From a virus: a stretch of DNA of 64,000 bases. Of the stretch, positions 9,977-19,943 are shown one piece after another (the stretch's first letter is position 1; each line of letters opens with the position of its first letter). The stretch is taken from IMG/VR virus record IMGVR_UViG_3300025012_000047, positions 1-64,000 of that record. One strand, given 5' to 3'. Below the pieces are notes generated by a model. It was given only the letters and a program-made list of their open reading frames with translations, was not told the DNA's origin and searched no databases. The translations under genes and the position numbers were made by a program.

Positions 9977-10190
9977 TTTTAAACACTCCTTATGTATTTA
10001 CTAATTGATTTATTATAGCACAGATTTAGTGTGAATAGTACATATATATAATAATTATTTTTACTTAATATAGAGGTTTAAAGGGTTATATTTTGATAGT
10101 GTATAGATGTTAGGAGCATATACAGTAAACGTCTTAGAGAGTGCTTTTTGTTGGTCTCAGTGTGGTTTAAAATACTAGGAAATATAGGTT

Positions 10191-10691
10191 TTATTCTTTT
10201 TTATATTTTCTCCCCTTTAATGGTAAACCAGTAACATGATTCCAGTTAGTGCCATATATAATTCCGATAATTACACCACGACTAACATTATACTGTTTTG
10301 CCAATTCCATTTGCGTAATAAGTCCAGAATTATACAGTTTAAATATCTCTAGTGCTATTTCTTCTGTAATTATTGCTCTACCATGTTTAGATCCTTTGGC
10401 ACAATTTTCTCTTAATGCTATTTTAATTTTAGTAGTTTCTTTTAGATTTAATCCTTTGTGAGATTCTGCAATATTCCTTTTATGTTCCTCTGTAAACTTT
10501 CTTCCTAACAAAGATGTCGTTTTTCCAGTTCTGATTAACCTTATTTTTTCTATAGTTTCTGGCGTAGGCTTTTTACCTTTATTAGCCCTACTTATCTTTT
10601 CTTTGTGTTCGTCAGATATTTTGTAATTATCGCGCTCTTTTCTAGTTTTAACTATTTTAGCTGCCCATTCTTTAGTATATCTTTTAGACAT
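10191..10691 (-). CDS. NUMOD3-repeat plus HTH DNA-binding protein (homing-endonuclease-derived, no nuclease domain seen)
   Basis: SDEHKEKIS, TPETIEKIR and TEEHKRNIA repeats; C-terminal TQMELAKQYNVSRG HTH. Confidence 0.75.
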   Translation of the reverse strand: MSKRYTKEWAAKIVKTRKERDNYKISDEHKEKISRANKGKKPTPETIEKIRLIRTGKTTSLLGRKFTEEHKRNIAESHKGLNLKETTKIKIALRENCAKGSKHGRAIITEEIALEIFKLYNSGLITQMELAKQYNVSRGVIIGIIYGTNWNHVTGLPLKGRKYKKE

Positions 10692-10764
10692 TTTTAAAAT
10701 CTCCTCCTATTTAATTTACTGTTTGTATTATACAATAATTAACGCAAAAAAGAAAAGATGCTTT

Positions 10765-11163
10765 TTATTCAGCATCTTCTAACATTTTATTAACTGTATT
10801 TTTAAATTCTTGCATATTCCATATTTCTAAAATTTGATCTATATCTGCTAATGTTTCGCCATCGTGACCAGTTCCAGCGTCCCAACCGGAAAAAACTAAT
10901 ATCACTGCTTCAGGATCTATTGTACCATTATAGAATCGAAGTTCTTTTGCTGTGCCAAAACATGATTTACCTTCTAATACTGTGCTACCATCTTCTATGG
11001 CTTCTTCTGCACTAGTATAAATCATTCCCCAACTTTGTGTACCAATTTCTAATGTCGGATCTTGAAAGCGATAGAAGATATTAGAATTATAATTATAGTT
11101 CTCAATTTTATCTGGCGTTGGTGTATTATTTACAGGATAGAGTATAGGGTATTTGTTAGTCAT
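10765..11163 (-). CDS. Hypothetical acidic protein
   Basis: GGAGG RBS before ATG 11163. Confidence 0.7.
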   Translation of the reverse strand: MTNKYPILYPVNNTPTPDKIENYNYNSNIFYRFQDPTLEIGTQSWGMIYTSAEEAIEDGSTVLEGKSCFGTAKELRFYNGTIDPEAVILVFSGWDAGTGHDGETLADIDQILEIWNMQEFKNTVNKMLEDAE

Positions 11164-11293
11164 AATCGACAACCTCCTAAAATAATTGAATATGTAATTA
11201 CTTATTATAATACAGAAATTTATACGCAATGTCAACTAAATATAATAATTTTTATACCCATAAAATGGGCAATTTAAGGAAAGAAAAAGGAGC

Positions 11294-11575
11294 TTATTCA
11301 GCTCCTACATCTTTTAACATCCTTATGGCGTTTTCAAGTTCTCTTATCTCTTTACAGTCAGACTGTATTCTTTCAGGGTTCAAAGGTTTATTGGTTGAAC
11401 TACTATTTATGGAAATCCTTTTCACTATTGCAAGTTGTTTTTTGAGTTTTTTAGAAATATCTTTTAGTTCATTGTCTGATATGTGAAGTTCTAAAAGTTG
11501 ATCGGCGTCCAGGATATTTTCATAAGTTTTTGCAACCTCTAAAATTTGTTCAATCGACTCGGTAATAATTAACAT
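11294..11575 (-). CDS. Hypothetical protein
   Basis: AAGGGG RBS before ATG 11575. Confidence 0.65.
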   Translation of the reverse strand: MLIITESIEQILEVAKTYENILDADQLLELHISDNELKDISKKLKKQLAIVKRISINSSSTNKPLNPERIQSDCKEIRELENAIRMLKDVGAE

Positions 11576-11770
11576 ATGTATTTCCCCTTTCAAAATTGAA
11601 CTCTTTACACTCTTAATTATATAGAGTTTTAATCATATTACAAGTGGTTTAATAAAATTATTTTACCTTTATACATGCCACATAAAACAAGGGATTGATA
11701 GTGGGATAGAGGATTATATCCGATTTGATTTATAAGGGCTTATATGCCCTCGTAGAAGGTCTGAGGGCAT

Positions 11771-11796
11771 AAAAAAGAGAACCTTTGCAAGTTCTC
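11771..11796 (-). terminator. Intrinsic terminator
   Basis: AGAGAAC-TTGCAAAG-GTTCTCTTTTTT on minus strand. Confidence 0.65.
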
Positions 11797-12203
11797 TACA
11801 TCATGATTATTTCATTCTCTAAGTTGTTTGCTATGAGATATTTTTCTAGTTCTGCTGCCCAACTAAATAATTTTTTAAGTATTTCGTCGGAATAGTTGTT
11901 TTCTGATTTTAACTTTCTAGCTACCTCTTGATAATCCCATATTTTCTTTTGATGTTTCATCGCTTGTTTTCCTGCTTGTTTGCATTTTTCAATAATTCTG
12001 AGGTTTATCCCTAGACTTAATTTAGGATTATCTTTCCATAGTTTATTTTCTAAAGTTTTGAAAGATTTTAGGTCTTTGTCTTTGTAAGATCCTTCATTGT
12101 ATTTAAAGTTATAACGTGCTATTCGCTCAACTTCGAATTCTGATTTTACCATGTAAATATCTAGTGTATAGCCGTCTGATAGGATTTCCTCTCGTATGTA
12201 CAT
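11796..12203 (-). CDS. Hypothetical protein
   Basis: ORF, AAGGAG RBS, TTGCAA-16 bp-TATAAT promoter upstream. Confidence 0.7.
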   Translation of the reverse strand: MYIREEILSDGYTLDIYMVKSEFEVERIARYNFKYNEGSYKDKDLKSFKTLENKLWKDNPKLSLGINLRIIEKCKQAGKQAMKHQKKIWDYQEVARKLKSENNYSDEILKKLFSWAAELEKYLIANNLENEIIMM

Positions 12204-12269
12204 AATTTATTCACTCCTTGTATTTAGTTTTCTACTCTTTATTATAATGATTTACTGGAGGATTGCAAG

Positions 12270-14400
12270 ATATTTTATATTTTATATTGTGTTTGTGTTG
12301 ATAATGGTATAGTGATTTTATTATGATAAACTGTATTAGTATAGATGTGATTTATTAGCGTTTGTTTATAATCTGTATTACTACAGCAAATTGTATGCCA
12401 ATGTAAAAATTGATTAGATTTGATGTATAAGTGTAAATATAAAATTATTGTTTGAGACGCGCAGAAAGTGCCTTTTAAGACGTTTGAGGTTTGGAGTGTT
12501 ATATTAGTATGTAAAACTTTATTTTAAGGTTTATACTAAAATTTTTCTACACGTTGTCGGGTGTGTCGTGATTTAGGTGTTTTGGTATGGGATTTGATTA
12601 GAATTGTTTTAATTTGTTTGGCTTATAGTGTAGTAAATTAATTGGGTATAATTAGATTTATATCTTATGTAATTAGTATGATATAAATAAGATTAATGTA
12701 TAGTTATTTAGTATGGATTAAAATGATTTAATGCTTAGTAGTTTAGTTTAGTTTAGTATAAATTTATTTATAGAAGAGTATATTAGTGTGGATTAATGTA
12801 GAGTATAATTGTATGATATAAAATTTAATATGGTTATTATGATCATGTAATGTGATTAATTTGATGGTATCTGTGGGATATGGCATGGTGGCAGTATATA
12901 ATTGTTGTAAGTATGTTTTATGTAGTTAGTATCTTTTATATATTAGATATACATTTGTATACTGTAAGTATTGTAGCGCGTATTGTTAGATTATGAGTGT
13001 AACATTGTTACGTTTAATGTTTACAGCGTCAACATTAGTAAGTGTTCAATAATTCCGGCCATGTTATAGATTCCGACTATTTTGGACGTTATAACGCACA
13101 ATAGTATCAAGGTCCAATAATTTACTCATTAACTCCATTTAACTCCATTTTAACCCAATCAAATCAATTCGACAAATCATTACCGACTGCAGCCGATACA
13201 ATCCCAGGACATTATCCGATCATAATTACCTGCCTCATATTTGCCCTTCTAAGTTCCTCAAAATCATTCCGAGTATAAAAGTAAGGCCCAATTCTTCTTC
13301 AATGTGACACAAGTGGATACTGTAACATTCAGTAAATAGTAAAAACCCTTGGATAATGCGGGTTGTAGGGTTCGGCAGTTAATCGGCCCATGATGTTTTC
13401 AGTTGTTCATAAGCAAAGCTAATAGACAAAACATGTGCTAATGTTAGCTTTCAAAAACCATGCCAACTTTAGCATAGGTGGGGCATAGATTACAAATTAT
13501 GTTCCGACATGATTCGACATTATGTGCAGAGTACATGAAGGCTTAGACCAATTTTACTCCGATAATCGATCACACTTTAACAAATTTGTCAATAGTAAAT
13601 ATAAAAATTATTTAAAATATTTTTATTCTCTTAAATTTTCATCCTCTTAAAAATCTCTAATTTCCCTTTCGTTCTAACATCGCAAAAACATAATCATCAC
13701 AACAATTTCCAACATAATAAATCCACATTCAAAATCACAAAACTTCATAAAAGTCAATCAATTTTACAAATAAATCTCATAAAATAATATAAAATCTTAA
13801 CAAATCTCTCACGATTAAAACAACCAATAATTCCTACTATAATAATGTTTTTCTGGCATATCCAATTACCATAAATCAATCATAAATTACATCTCAAAAT
13901 AACCCTCCATATTAAAATCAAAATCTAATTATCATAAAATTAATAAATTCCATCGAACAAAAATATCATACACAAATTCATAATTATTCACTCAAACAAA
14001 TCACAAATATCCCATCAATATAATCCAATAAACAACTTCTAAACCCTTGATCCTACAGCATTTTCAACCCATCATAATATTCCTTCTACTATATGTTTAC
14101 ATTATAAATCGAATCAATTATCTCTCATATACGACACTCTAAAAAAATTGGTGAAAATATTTTTCCTAATCAAAATAAATTTAAAATCTAAAAATAATCC
14201 ATCTCAAATCATTCATAAAAATTTACCACAACCCAAAAAATCTAATAATCCCTATACCCTTACTCTCACAACCATTACAGCAAATCACTCGGACAAAGTG
14301 CTATACTAATAATACTTCATCCGTACAAATCTCTGTAATACTACTCTAACAATACATTCAAGGATTTATAAAATAATTCCTTTGGTAAAAATTCCTGTAT
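12270..14400. other. Large non-coding divergence region with GT-rich left arm and CA-rich right arm (possible genome end, pac site or origin)
   Basis: No ORF of 60 aa or more; transcription diverges here; composition flips near 13050-13100. Confidence 0.5.
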
Positions 14401-14434
14401 AATAAAATTTATTAAATACTAAAATAAATTTTTA

Positions 14435-14463
14435 TTGACATCAACAATGTATAATGATATTAT
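14435..14463 (+). promoter_or_regulatory. sigma-A promoter for the MazG/rSAM/SerRS-like operon
   Basis: TTGACA-17 bp-TATTAT with extended TG. Confidence 0.65.
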
Positions 14464-14517
14464 ATTCACAGGTACAAATCTGAACAAAATAAGTATCTAG
14501 AAAGGAGCAATCCCTAA

Positions 14518-14718
14518 ATCATTCAATATCCACAAAACAACTATAAATTTCAATTACATTCTCAATAATATATTCTGTACATATTCATTCCATAAAGACA
14601 AAACATATCTACTGAAATTTATCATGTAGAATCTGGTCATGGAATAGATCAAGCAAGATTAGCAGTAAAGAGTGAGATGGAAAAGTATCTTGAGTATTTG
14701 ATATCAGCAAACATATAA
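14518..14718 (+). pseudogene. Small stop-interrupted ORF (two in-frame TAA)
   Basis: AAGGAG RBS, ATC start; IIQYPQNNYKFQLHSQ*YILYIFIP*RQNISTEIYHVESGHGIDQARLAVKSEMEKYLEYLISANI*. Confidence 0.4.
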
Positions 14719-14752
14719 ATAAAAATTAATAATATCTAGAAAGGAGTTAATC

Positions 14753-15004
14753 ATGAAATTCCACAAAGCAATAATACAAAAAGGAATCTATGGCGAATTA
14801 TCAAAAATTAAAGAAGAACTAGATGAAGCATACGATGCAGAGTCTCAAAACCAAGACTTAATGCTATTAATAGAATTATCAGATATTATTGGTGCAGTAG
14901 AGGGAGTATCTAAGAAATACGGTTTTACATTAGAACAATTAATGGTATTTGCAAGACTTAGAAGTTTGGTTGCAATAGAAGAAATGAAAGTTGAGGAGAA
15001 TTAA
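14753..15004 (+). CDS. MazG-like all-alpha NTP pyrophosphohydrolase
   Basis: KIKEELDEA...IELSDIIG (EExxE...ExxD). Confidence 0.65.
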   Translation: MKFHKAIIQKGIYGELSKIKEELDEAYDAESQNQDLMLLIELSDIIGAVEGVSKKYGFTLEQLMVFARLRSLVAIEEMKVEEN

Positions 15005-15005
15005 A

Positions 15006-15788
15006 GTGGAATACAAAGACTTTATCATAATATTATCATCTTATAAATGTAATAAGGATTGCCCATATTGTATAGCTAAAATAGAAAAATTACCTGAAGT
15101 CAATGAAGATTTGATTAAATTTAAAATTCAAATTGATAAACTCATTCAAAATAAAGCAAAGTTCAAATACTTTGTATTAAGTGGAAATGGTGAACCATCC
15201 TACTATACATATGAATTCCTAAAAGAAATTATATCAATCGTGACTAATTCAGGAATATTTGAAGATTATAGAATCCAAACATCAGGTAATCTATTTCACA
15301 ATGATAAATTATTTGACCTATTCCAAGATTGGCTTATAGAAATTACAAGAGTAAGTCAATCATATGAAGTTGATAGTTCTGTTTTACACTATAAAAATGA
15401 TTATATTTTAACTCAAAATTTCTATAATGCAAGAATTAGATTGAATTATGTGTTGCTTAGAAATTTATCTTCTAATATTAATCGCGATATTAAGAAATAT
15501 TTAATTCAATATAGAAATATTGAAACTATTGCTTTAAAAATATTAGATACACAAGAAACCCAAGATGATAAATATACTAAGTGGATATCTGAAAATGGGT
15601 TAACATATAATGATGTTGACACAACCAGATTTGTTTTAGATACAAGTTTTGATTATTTAGGATATGAATTTAATAATCATATCTGGAATCACAATGGAAA
15701 ACAAATTTCAATGTTTAGTAACAAAAACTACAACAAAGATAAGACAATTCATAACTTAGTATGGTATGGAGATAAATTAATCTACTAA
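15006..15788 (+). CDS. Radical SAM enzyme
   Basis: CNKDCPYC (CxxxCxxC), LSGNGEP, IQTSG; GAGGAG RBS before GTG 15006. Confidence 0.85.
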   Translation: MEYKDFIIILSSYKCNKDCPYCIAKIEKLPEVNEDLIKFKIQIDKLIQNKAKFKYFVLSGNGEPSYYTYEFLKEIISIVTNSGIFEDYRIQTSGNLFHNDKLFDLFQDWLIEITRVSQSYEVDSSVLHYKNDYILTQNFYNARIRLNYVLLRNLSSNINRDIKKYLIQYRNIETIALKILDTQETQDDKYTKWISENGLTYNDVDTTRFVLDTSFDYLGYEFNNHIWNHNGKQISMFSNKNYNKDKTIHNLVWYGDKLIY

Positions 15789-15807
15789 AAGAAAGGAAGA
15801 ATATAAA

Positions 15808-16479
15808 ATGAAATATAAAGTAGAAAGTGGTGTCTATAATTTAGGATTTGAATTATCTCTATTAGAAAAGAAACTATTTATAGAATTTGAAGATATGTTA
15901 GATGGTAAGGGGTTTAGATATTTATCCATCCCAAGTTTGACAAGATGGAATAATTTTGAAAGACAAAGTATTGAAGATATTTTTAAATCTCTTTCTGTAG
16001 ATCATATACATAATTTATCAGGTTCGGCAGAGCAAGGAATATTACAATATTTTTCAGATTCTATTGTTGAACTACAACTTATTTATTCTAAAAACCAATG
16101 TTTTAGACATGAGAATTATGGTTATGAAGGATTAAAGAGATGCAAAGAATTTGTTAAACTTGAACAATTTTGTTTTTGTAATGATTATGATTGGAAAGAA
16201 AATTTTGATTTATTGCTTACTAATGCAACATCTTTTCTTAATAAATATAATATTGAATTTAGAGTTGTAGATGTTAGCAAATTAGATTTAGGATATCACA
16301 TTAAGAAATATGATATAGAAGTAAAAACAAAACAATATGGTTGGATGGAGACTCATAGTTGTACTTATTTTGGTGAAGAACAAAGTAAAAGATTTGGGAT
16401 TACAGGAGCAACCCATACTATATCAAACACTGGTATTGCGTCTCCTAGAATATTGATACCATTTATTGAGATGATGTAA
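15808..16479 (+). CDS. Seryl-tRNA synthetase-like catalytic core (class II aaRS paralogue without the tRNA-binding coiled coil)
   Basis: SAE (TxE), CFRHE...GLKRCKEFVKLEQF (motif 2), KYDIEV, ETHSC, HTISNTGIASPR (motif 3); only 223 aa. Confidence 0.85.
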   Translation: MKYKVESGVYNLGFELSLLEKKLFIEFEDMLDGKGFRYLSIPSLTRWNNFERQSIEDIFKSLSVDHIHNLSGSAEQGILQYFSDSIVELQLIYSKNQCFRHENYGYEGLKRCKEFVKLEQFCFCNDYDWKENFDLLLTNATSFLNKYNIEFRVVDVSKLDLGYHIKKYDIEVKTKQYGWMETHSCTYFGEEQSKRFGITGATHTISNTGIASPRILIPFIEMM

Positions 16480-16525
16480 GTAGTAAATATATTTAAATTT
16501 ATGTAAATATATAAATAAAAATATG

Positions 16526-16554
16526 TTGACATAATTATTTTTGTATGGTATACT
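16526..16554 (+). promoter_or_regulatory. sigma-A promoter
   Basis: TTGACA-17 bp-TATACT with TG. Confidence 0.7.
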
Positions 16555-16745
16555 TATTAAGTGAGGGATAAATATCAAATAAATTCAGAAAGGAGGGAGA
16601 TTGTATTGATGATACAAATTATTCTATTGCATATATTCCTATTACAATTACAAATTAATATTGTTGCTAGTGGTTTTACATAAGTATAAAAATAAAATAT
16701 TCCTAATAAAAATAAAATAATAATTGATAGAGGAGAGAAGATTAA

Positions 16746-17435
16746 ATGACAATAGGAATATATGGAATCACAAACAAGGAAAACAATCTAATCTATATTG
16801 GTGAAAGTAATAACATAGAAAGACGTTGGGAAGAGCATGTAGATGATCTAAACAATAATTCTCATTGTAACTATAAACTTCAAACAGCATGGAATACATA
16901 TGGTAAAGATAATTTTACTTTTGAGATATTAGAAGAAATACAAAAAATAGACAATAACCATTATAAAACAATTATGCAATTAATATATCTAGAAGGAAAA
17001 TACATAGATCAATATGACTCAATTAATAAAGGATATAATATTGAGAATACTATAGAGGAAGTCCTTAGTGGTAGGAAGATAATTACTAGCGGAAGTATTG
17101 ATAGAAAATATTTAGCAAGATTAATAAATAATAATGGTTTAAATGCTAAAGTAAATAAGTTCCCAAGTCTTACTAATACATATTCAGAATTAAAAAAGGA
17201 GGGCTATGTATTAAAATCTCCCACTCAAGAACTATTGTTGAAAGGGGTAATAAAAGAATACAACGATAAATATTATATAAAAGAAGAACTTATAGAAGAT
17301 GGATATTTTATAAATGGAAAGAGTAGGCCTAAAGATAAATTTAAATATTACGTTTTTGTAACAACTAAAGGAAAGCAATTTATTATTGATACACTAGAAT
17401 TAAAAAATAATAAAATTAAACAAAAAACAAATTGA
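16746..17435 (+). CDS. GIY-YIG endonuclease with C-terminal KilAC-like segment
   Basis: GIYGITN...YIGES..IERRWEEH; C-terminal FVTTKGKQFI. Confidence 0.8.
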   Translation: MTIGIYGITNKENNLIYIGESNNIERRWEEHVDDLNNNSHCNYKLQTAWNTYGKDNFTFEILEEIQKIDNNHYKTIMQLIYLEGKYIDQYDSINKGYNIENTIEEVLSGRKIITSGSIDRKYLARLINNNGLNAKVNKFPSLTNTYSELKKEGYVLKSPTQELLLKGVIKEYNDKYYIKEELIEDGYFINGKSRPKDKFKYYVFVTTKGKQFIIDTLELKNNKIKQKTN

Positions 17436-17720
17436 TTTTGCGTTAGCAAATCTATAGAACTCTATATAATCTTTTACTCTATATTCTTCTTTTACTCTTT
17501 ATACTTATATAACTCTATATTCTATGTGATGTAGCTACTAAAAAGCGTTTACTTTCTAAAAGTGCTCACACAGTTTTGCGTACAAATGCAGAGAGTGCTC
17601 ACACAGAAAAGCGTTTACTTTCTAAAATACTATGAATTTGAACGCAAATGTGTGTGGGCATAACTTTAGAATTTGTACTCAAAATAGGGGGTATATTCTA
17701 GAATTTTAACGCAAAATTGT
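17436..17720. repeat. Iteron-like repeat cluster (putative origin or Rep-binding region)
   Basis: AAAAGCGTTTACTTTCTAAAA x2, AGTGCTCACACAG x2, GAATTT(G/T)(A/T)AC(G/T)CAAA x3 plus an inverted copy, ACTCTATA repeats. Confidence 0.65.
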
Positions 17721-17763
17721 ATACACATTACATAGCATTAATAAAAAGGTGGTTGATTTTGAA

Positions 17764-17937
17764 ATGAAATTTGATAAAGAATATGCAACTCAATGGAGTG
17801 TAGAGGTAGATTACTTATCTACCAAAGGAATAAAACCTGTATTTATAAAAAGAGATAATGCAATAAGAACTTACAAATTTACAAAAACAAAAGAATTGTT
17901 TAATGCTTTGACTGAATTCTATAATGGTCTAAAATAA
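17764..17937 (+). CDS. Small DUF5659-like protein
   Basis: EVDYLSTKGIKP...YKFTKTKELFNAL pattern. Confidence 0.65.
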   Translation: MKFDKEYATQWSVEVDYLSTKGIKPVFIKRDNAIRTYKFTKTKELFNALTEFYNGLK

Positions 17938-17971
17938 AATAATAAATATGATTGAGGAGATTGATTAAATT

Positions 17972-19120
17972 ATGAGTAGTATTACGCCAGAGGAATATTA
18001 TGTTAAATTACCTAATGATTTTTATGATAATCTAAGTATTTCTAATGAAGAGATGACCATATTAATATTATTGTATAGAAATTACCAACAATATAAAAAC
18101 CTTGGATTATGCTCTATTCAAATAATATGTGATCTCATGAGAATCAACGTATCAAATAATAGAAAATTAATTTCAACTATTAAAGATACAATAATAGAGT
18201 TAATGAATAAGGGTTACATAATAAAATTGTACAATCTATATTGCAAAGATCATGATAATAATGGCAACAAATTATCTATTAATTCTATAATTAAAGATAA
18301 GGATTCTACATTTTATGTTGAATTAATACCACCTCCTGAGAATGGTTATTTCAAAATATTTGATGAAGAAATTAATTACATATTTGAAGAATTAGCATCT
18401 AAAAATCTAAATAAGTTTAATATTATCAGATATTTTATCGCTTGCAGAAGAGTTTCTAGTAATGAGAGCAACTTTGGGTATTTAACTCAAGGAAAATTAA
18501 AAAAGTTAGTTAATGATTCAAGAACCATTCAGAGATACAATAAGATATTGCAAAATGATTTGCATTTGATTAGATTTAATAATAGTTATTTAACTCCTGA
18601 CAAAAATTATTGTACTACATACATAGGACATTGGGATGATGAAGCAAACTTTAATAGACAGTTGGAAACAGAAATTATTGGTAAGGGATTAATATATACT
18701 GATAAAACTCAATCTAATGAAAGAAGGAGTGTTCAACAAAAGATAAATAATATAGATAATTTAACATTAGAAGAATTGGAGGAATTGATAAAAAAGAAAA
18801 AGGAATTAGAGTATAAAATGGTTGTTAAAGAGGAAAGTAAAGATAATAAGGTTGATATCAAAGGGAAAGGACTTCAAAATAAGAAACATAAGCCATTACT
18901 TATACCAAAAATATATAATAAAGATAATGAAGAACCTGATATATTTGAAGATTTATTTGGTGATGAGGAAGAAAATGATTATTGGGATATGAGTAATCTA
19001 ACAATTGAAGAACAAAAAGCATTACAGGAAATAGAAGACTTAAATTGCTCACAAATACCTTTAGATGTATTACAAATGATTGAGAATGAATTGAATGAAA
19101 TAAAAGAGGATGAAGAATAA
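17972..19120 (+). CDS. Putative replication initiator / winged-helix protein
   Basis: YVKLPNDF N-terminus, two wHTH-like blocks, next to iterons; acidic tail. Confidence 0.55.
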   Translation: MSSITPEEYYVKLPNDFYDNLSISNEEMTILILLYRNYQQYKNLGLCSIQIICDLMRINVSNNRKLISTIKDTIIELMNKGYIIKLYNLYCKDHDNNGNKLSINSIIKDKDSTFYVELIPPPENGYFKIFDEEINYIFEELASKNLNKFNIIRYFIACRRVSSNESNFGYLTQGKLKKLVNDSRTIQRYNKILQNDLHLIRFNNSYLTPDKNYCTTYIGHWDDEANFNRQLETEIIGKGLIYTDKTQSNERRSVQQKINNIDNLTLEELEELIKKKKELEYKMVVKEESKDNKVDIKGKGLQNKKHKPLLIPKIYNKDNEEPDIFEDLFGDEEENDYWDMSNLTIEEQKALQEIEDLNCSQIPLDVLQMIENELNEIKEDEE

Positions 19121-19896
19121 TGAGTAGTAATTATATTTATAAAATGTTTGATAAGAATAATGAAATTATATACATAGGTAAGACAATTGATATTGATCAA
19201 CGTATAAGGCAACATTCGTTAGATAAAGATTGGTTTAAAACAGTTAGTAAAATATATTATGCGGAGTGCTTAAATAAAACTGATATGGATATTTATGAAA
19301 TATATTATATAAATAAATTAAAACCATTACATAATAAACAATTAGTAAATGGTGTTGGGTTTAGTATATTATTGGACGAACTTGATTTTATTGAGTACAA
19401 AAAAATAATAAAACAAAAATCAAATGTTAAACAAAATAATTACGGTAATACTTATTGCTATAATGTAGGAGAAAATTTTATAGAAAGTGATAATATTTTA
19501 AAATTTTACAAAAATAATCCCGTATTATCTAAAGAGTGGGAAGAATTATTAAAAGAAAAACAATTTTTAAGAGGAAAATACCATCCTTGTACTTTTGATC
19601 GTATTGAAATTAATAAAGGATTATTAATTTTTATTCCATTTGATAAAATGGGAATGTATGATATATCATTTGAACGTTTTATTAAGGATATATCTAATAA
19701 AAATATGCTATCATTAAAATATCTTCCGCGTGATATTGTTGATTATATAAATTATGATTTGATTGATCAAATGTCTAAAATTAAAGTAACAAACATGTTG
19801 AAAATCGATATAGAAGAAGATTGGTTTCTTGGTGAAAAATCAAAATGTGTACATAGTATAAACAATGTAGTTGTTGATGTATTTTATAAAATATAA
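19120..19896 (+). CDS. GIY-YIG nuclease domain protein
   Basis: YIYKMFDKNNEIIYIGKT..IDQRIRQH. Confidence 0.75.
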   Translation: MSSNYIYKMFDKNNEIIYIGKTIDIDQRIRQHSLDKDWFKTVSKIYYAECLNKTDMDIYEIYYINKLKPLHNKQLVNGVGFSILLDELDFIEYKKIIKQKSNVKQNNYGNTYCYNVGENFIESDNILKFYKNNPVLSKEWEELLKEKQFLRGKYHPCTFDRIEINKGLLIFIPFDKMGMYDISFERFIKDISNKNMLSLKYLPRDIVDYINYDLIDQMSKIKVTNMLKIDIEEDWFLGEKSKCVHSINNVVVDVFYKI

Positions 19897-19943
19897 ATCA
19901 TTATTTATTATATAATCAATAAAATAAAAAGGAGAAAACAATA

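Noticed and set aside
15808-16479. Calling the gene serS
   Set aside because: About half the length of SerRS and lacks the tRNA-binding arm, so canonical function is unsupported
17436-17720. Possible CRISPR array (also 6951-7030 and 33283-33337)
   Set aside because: Repeats are nested or tandem without unique spacers of regular length; no cas genes
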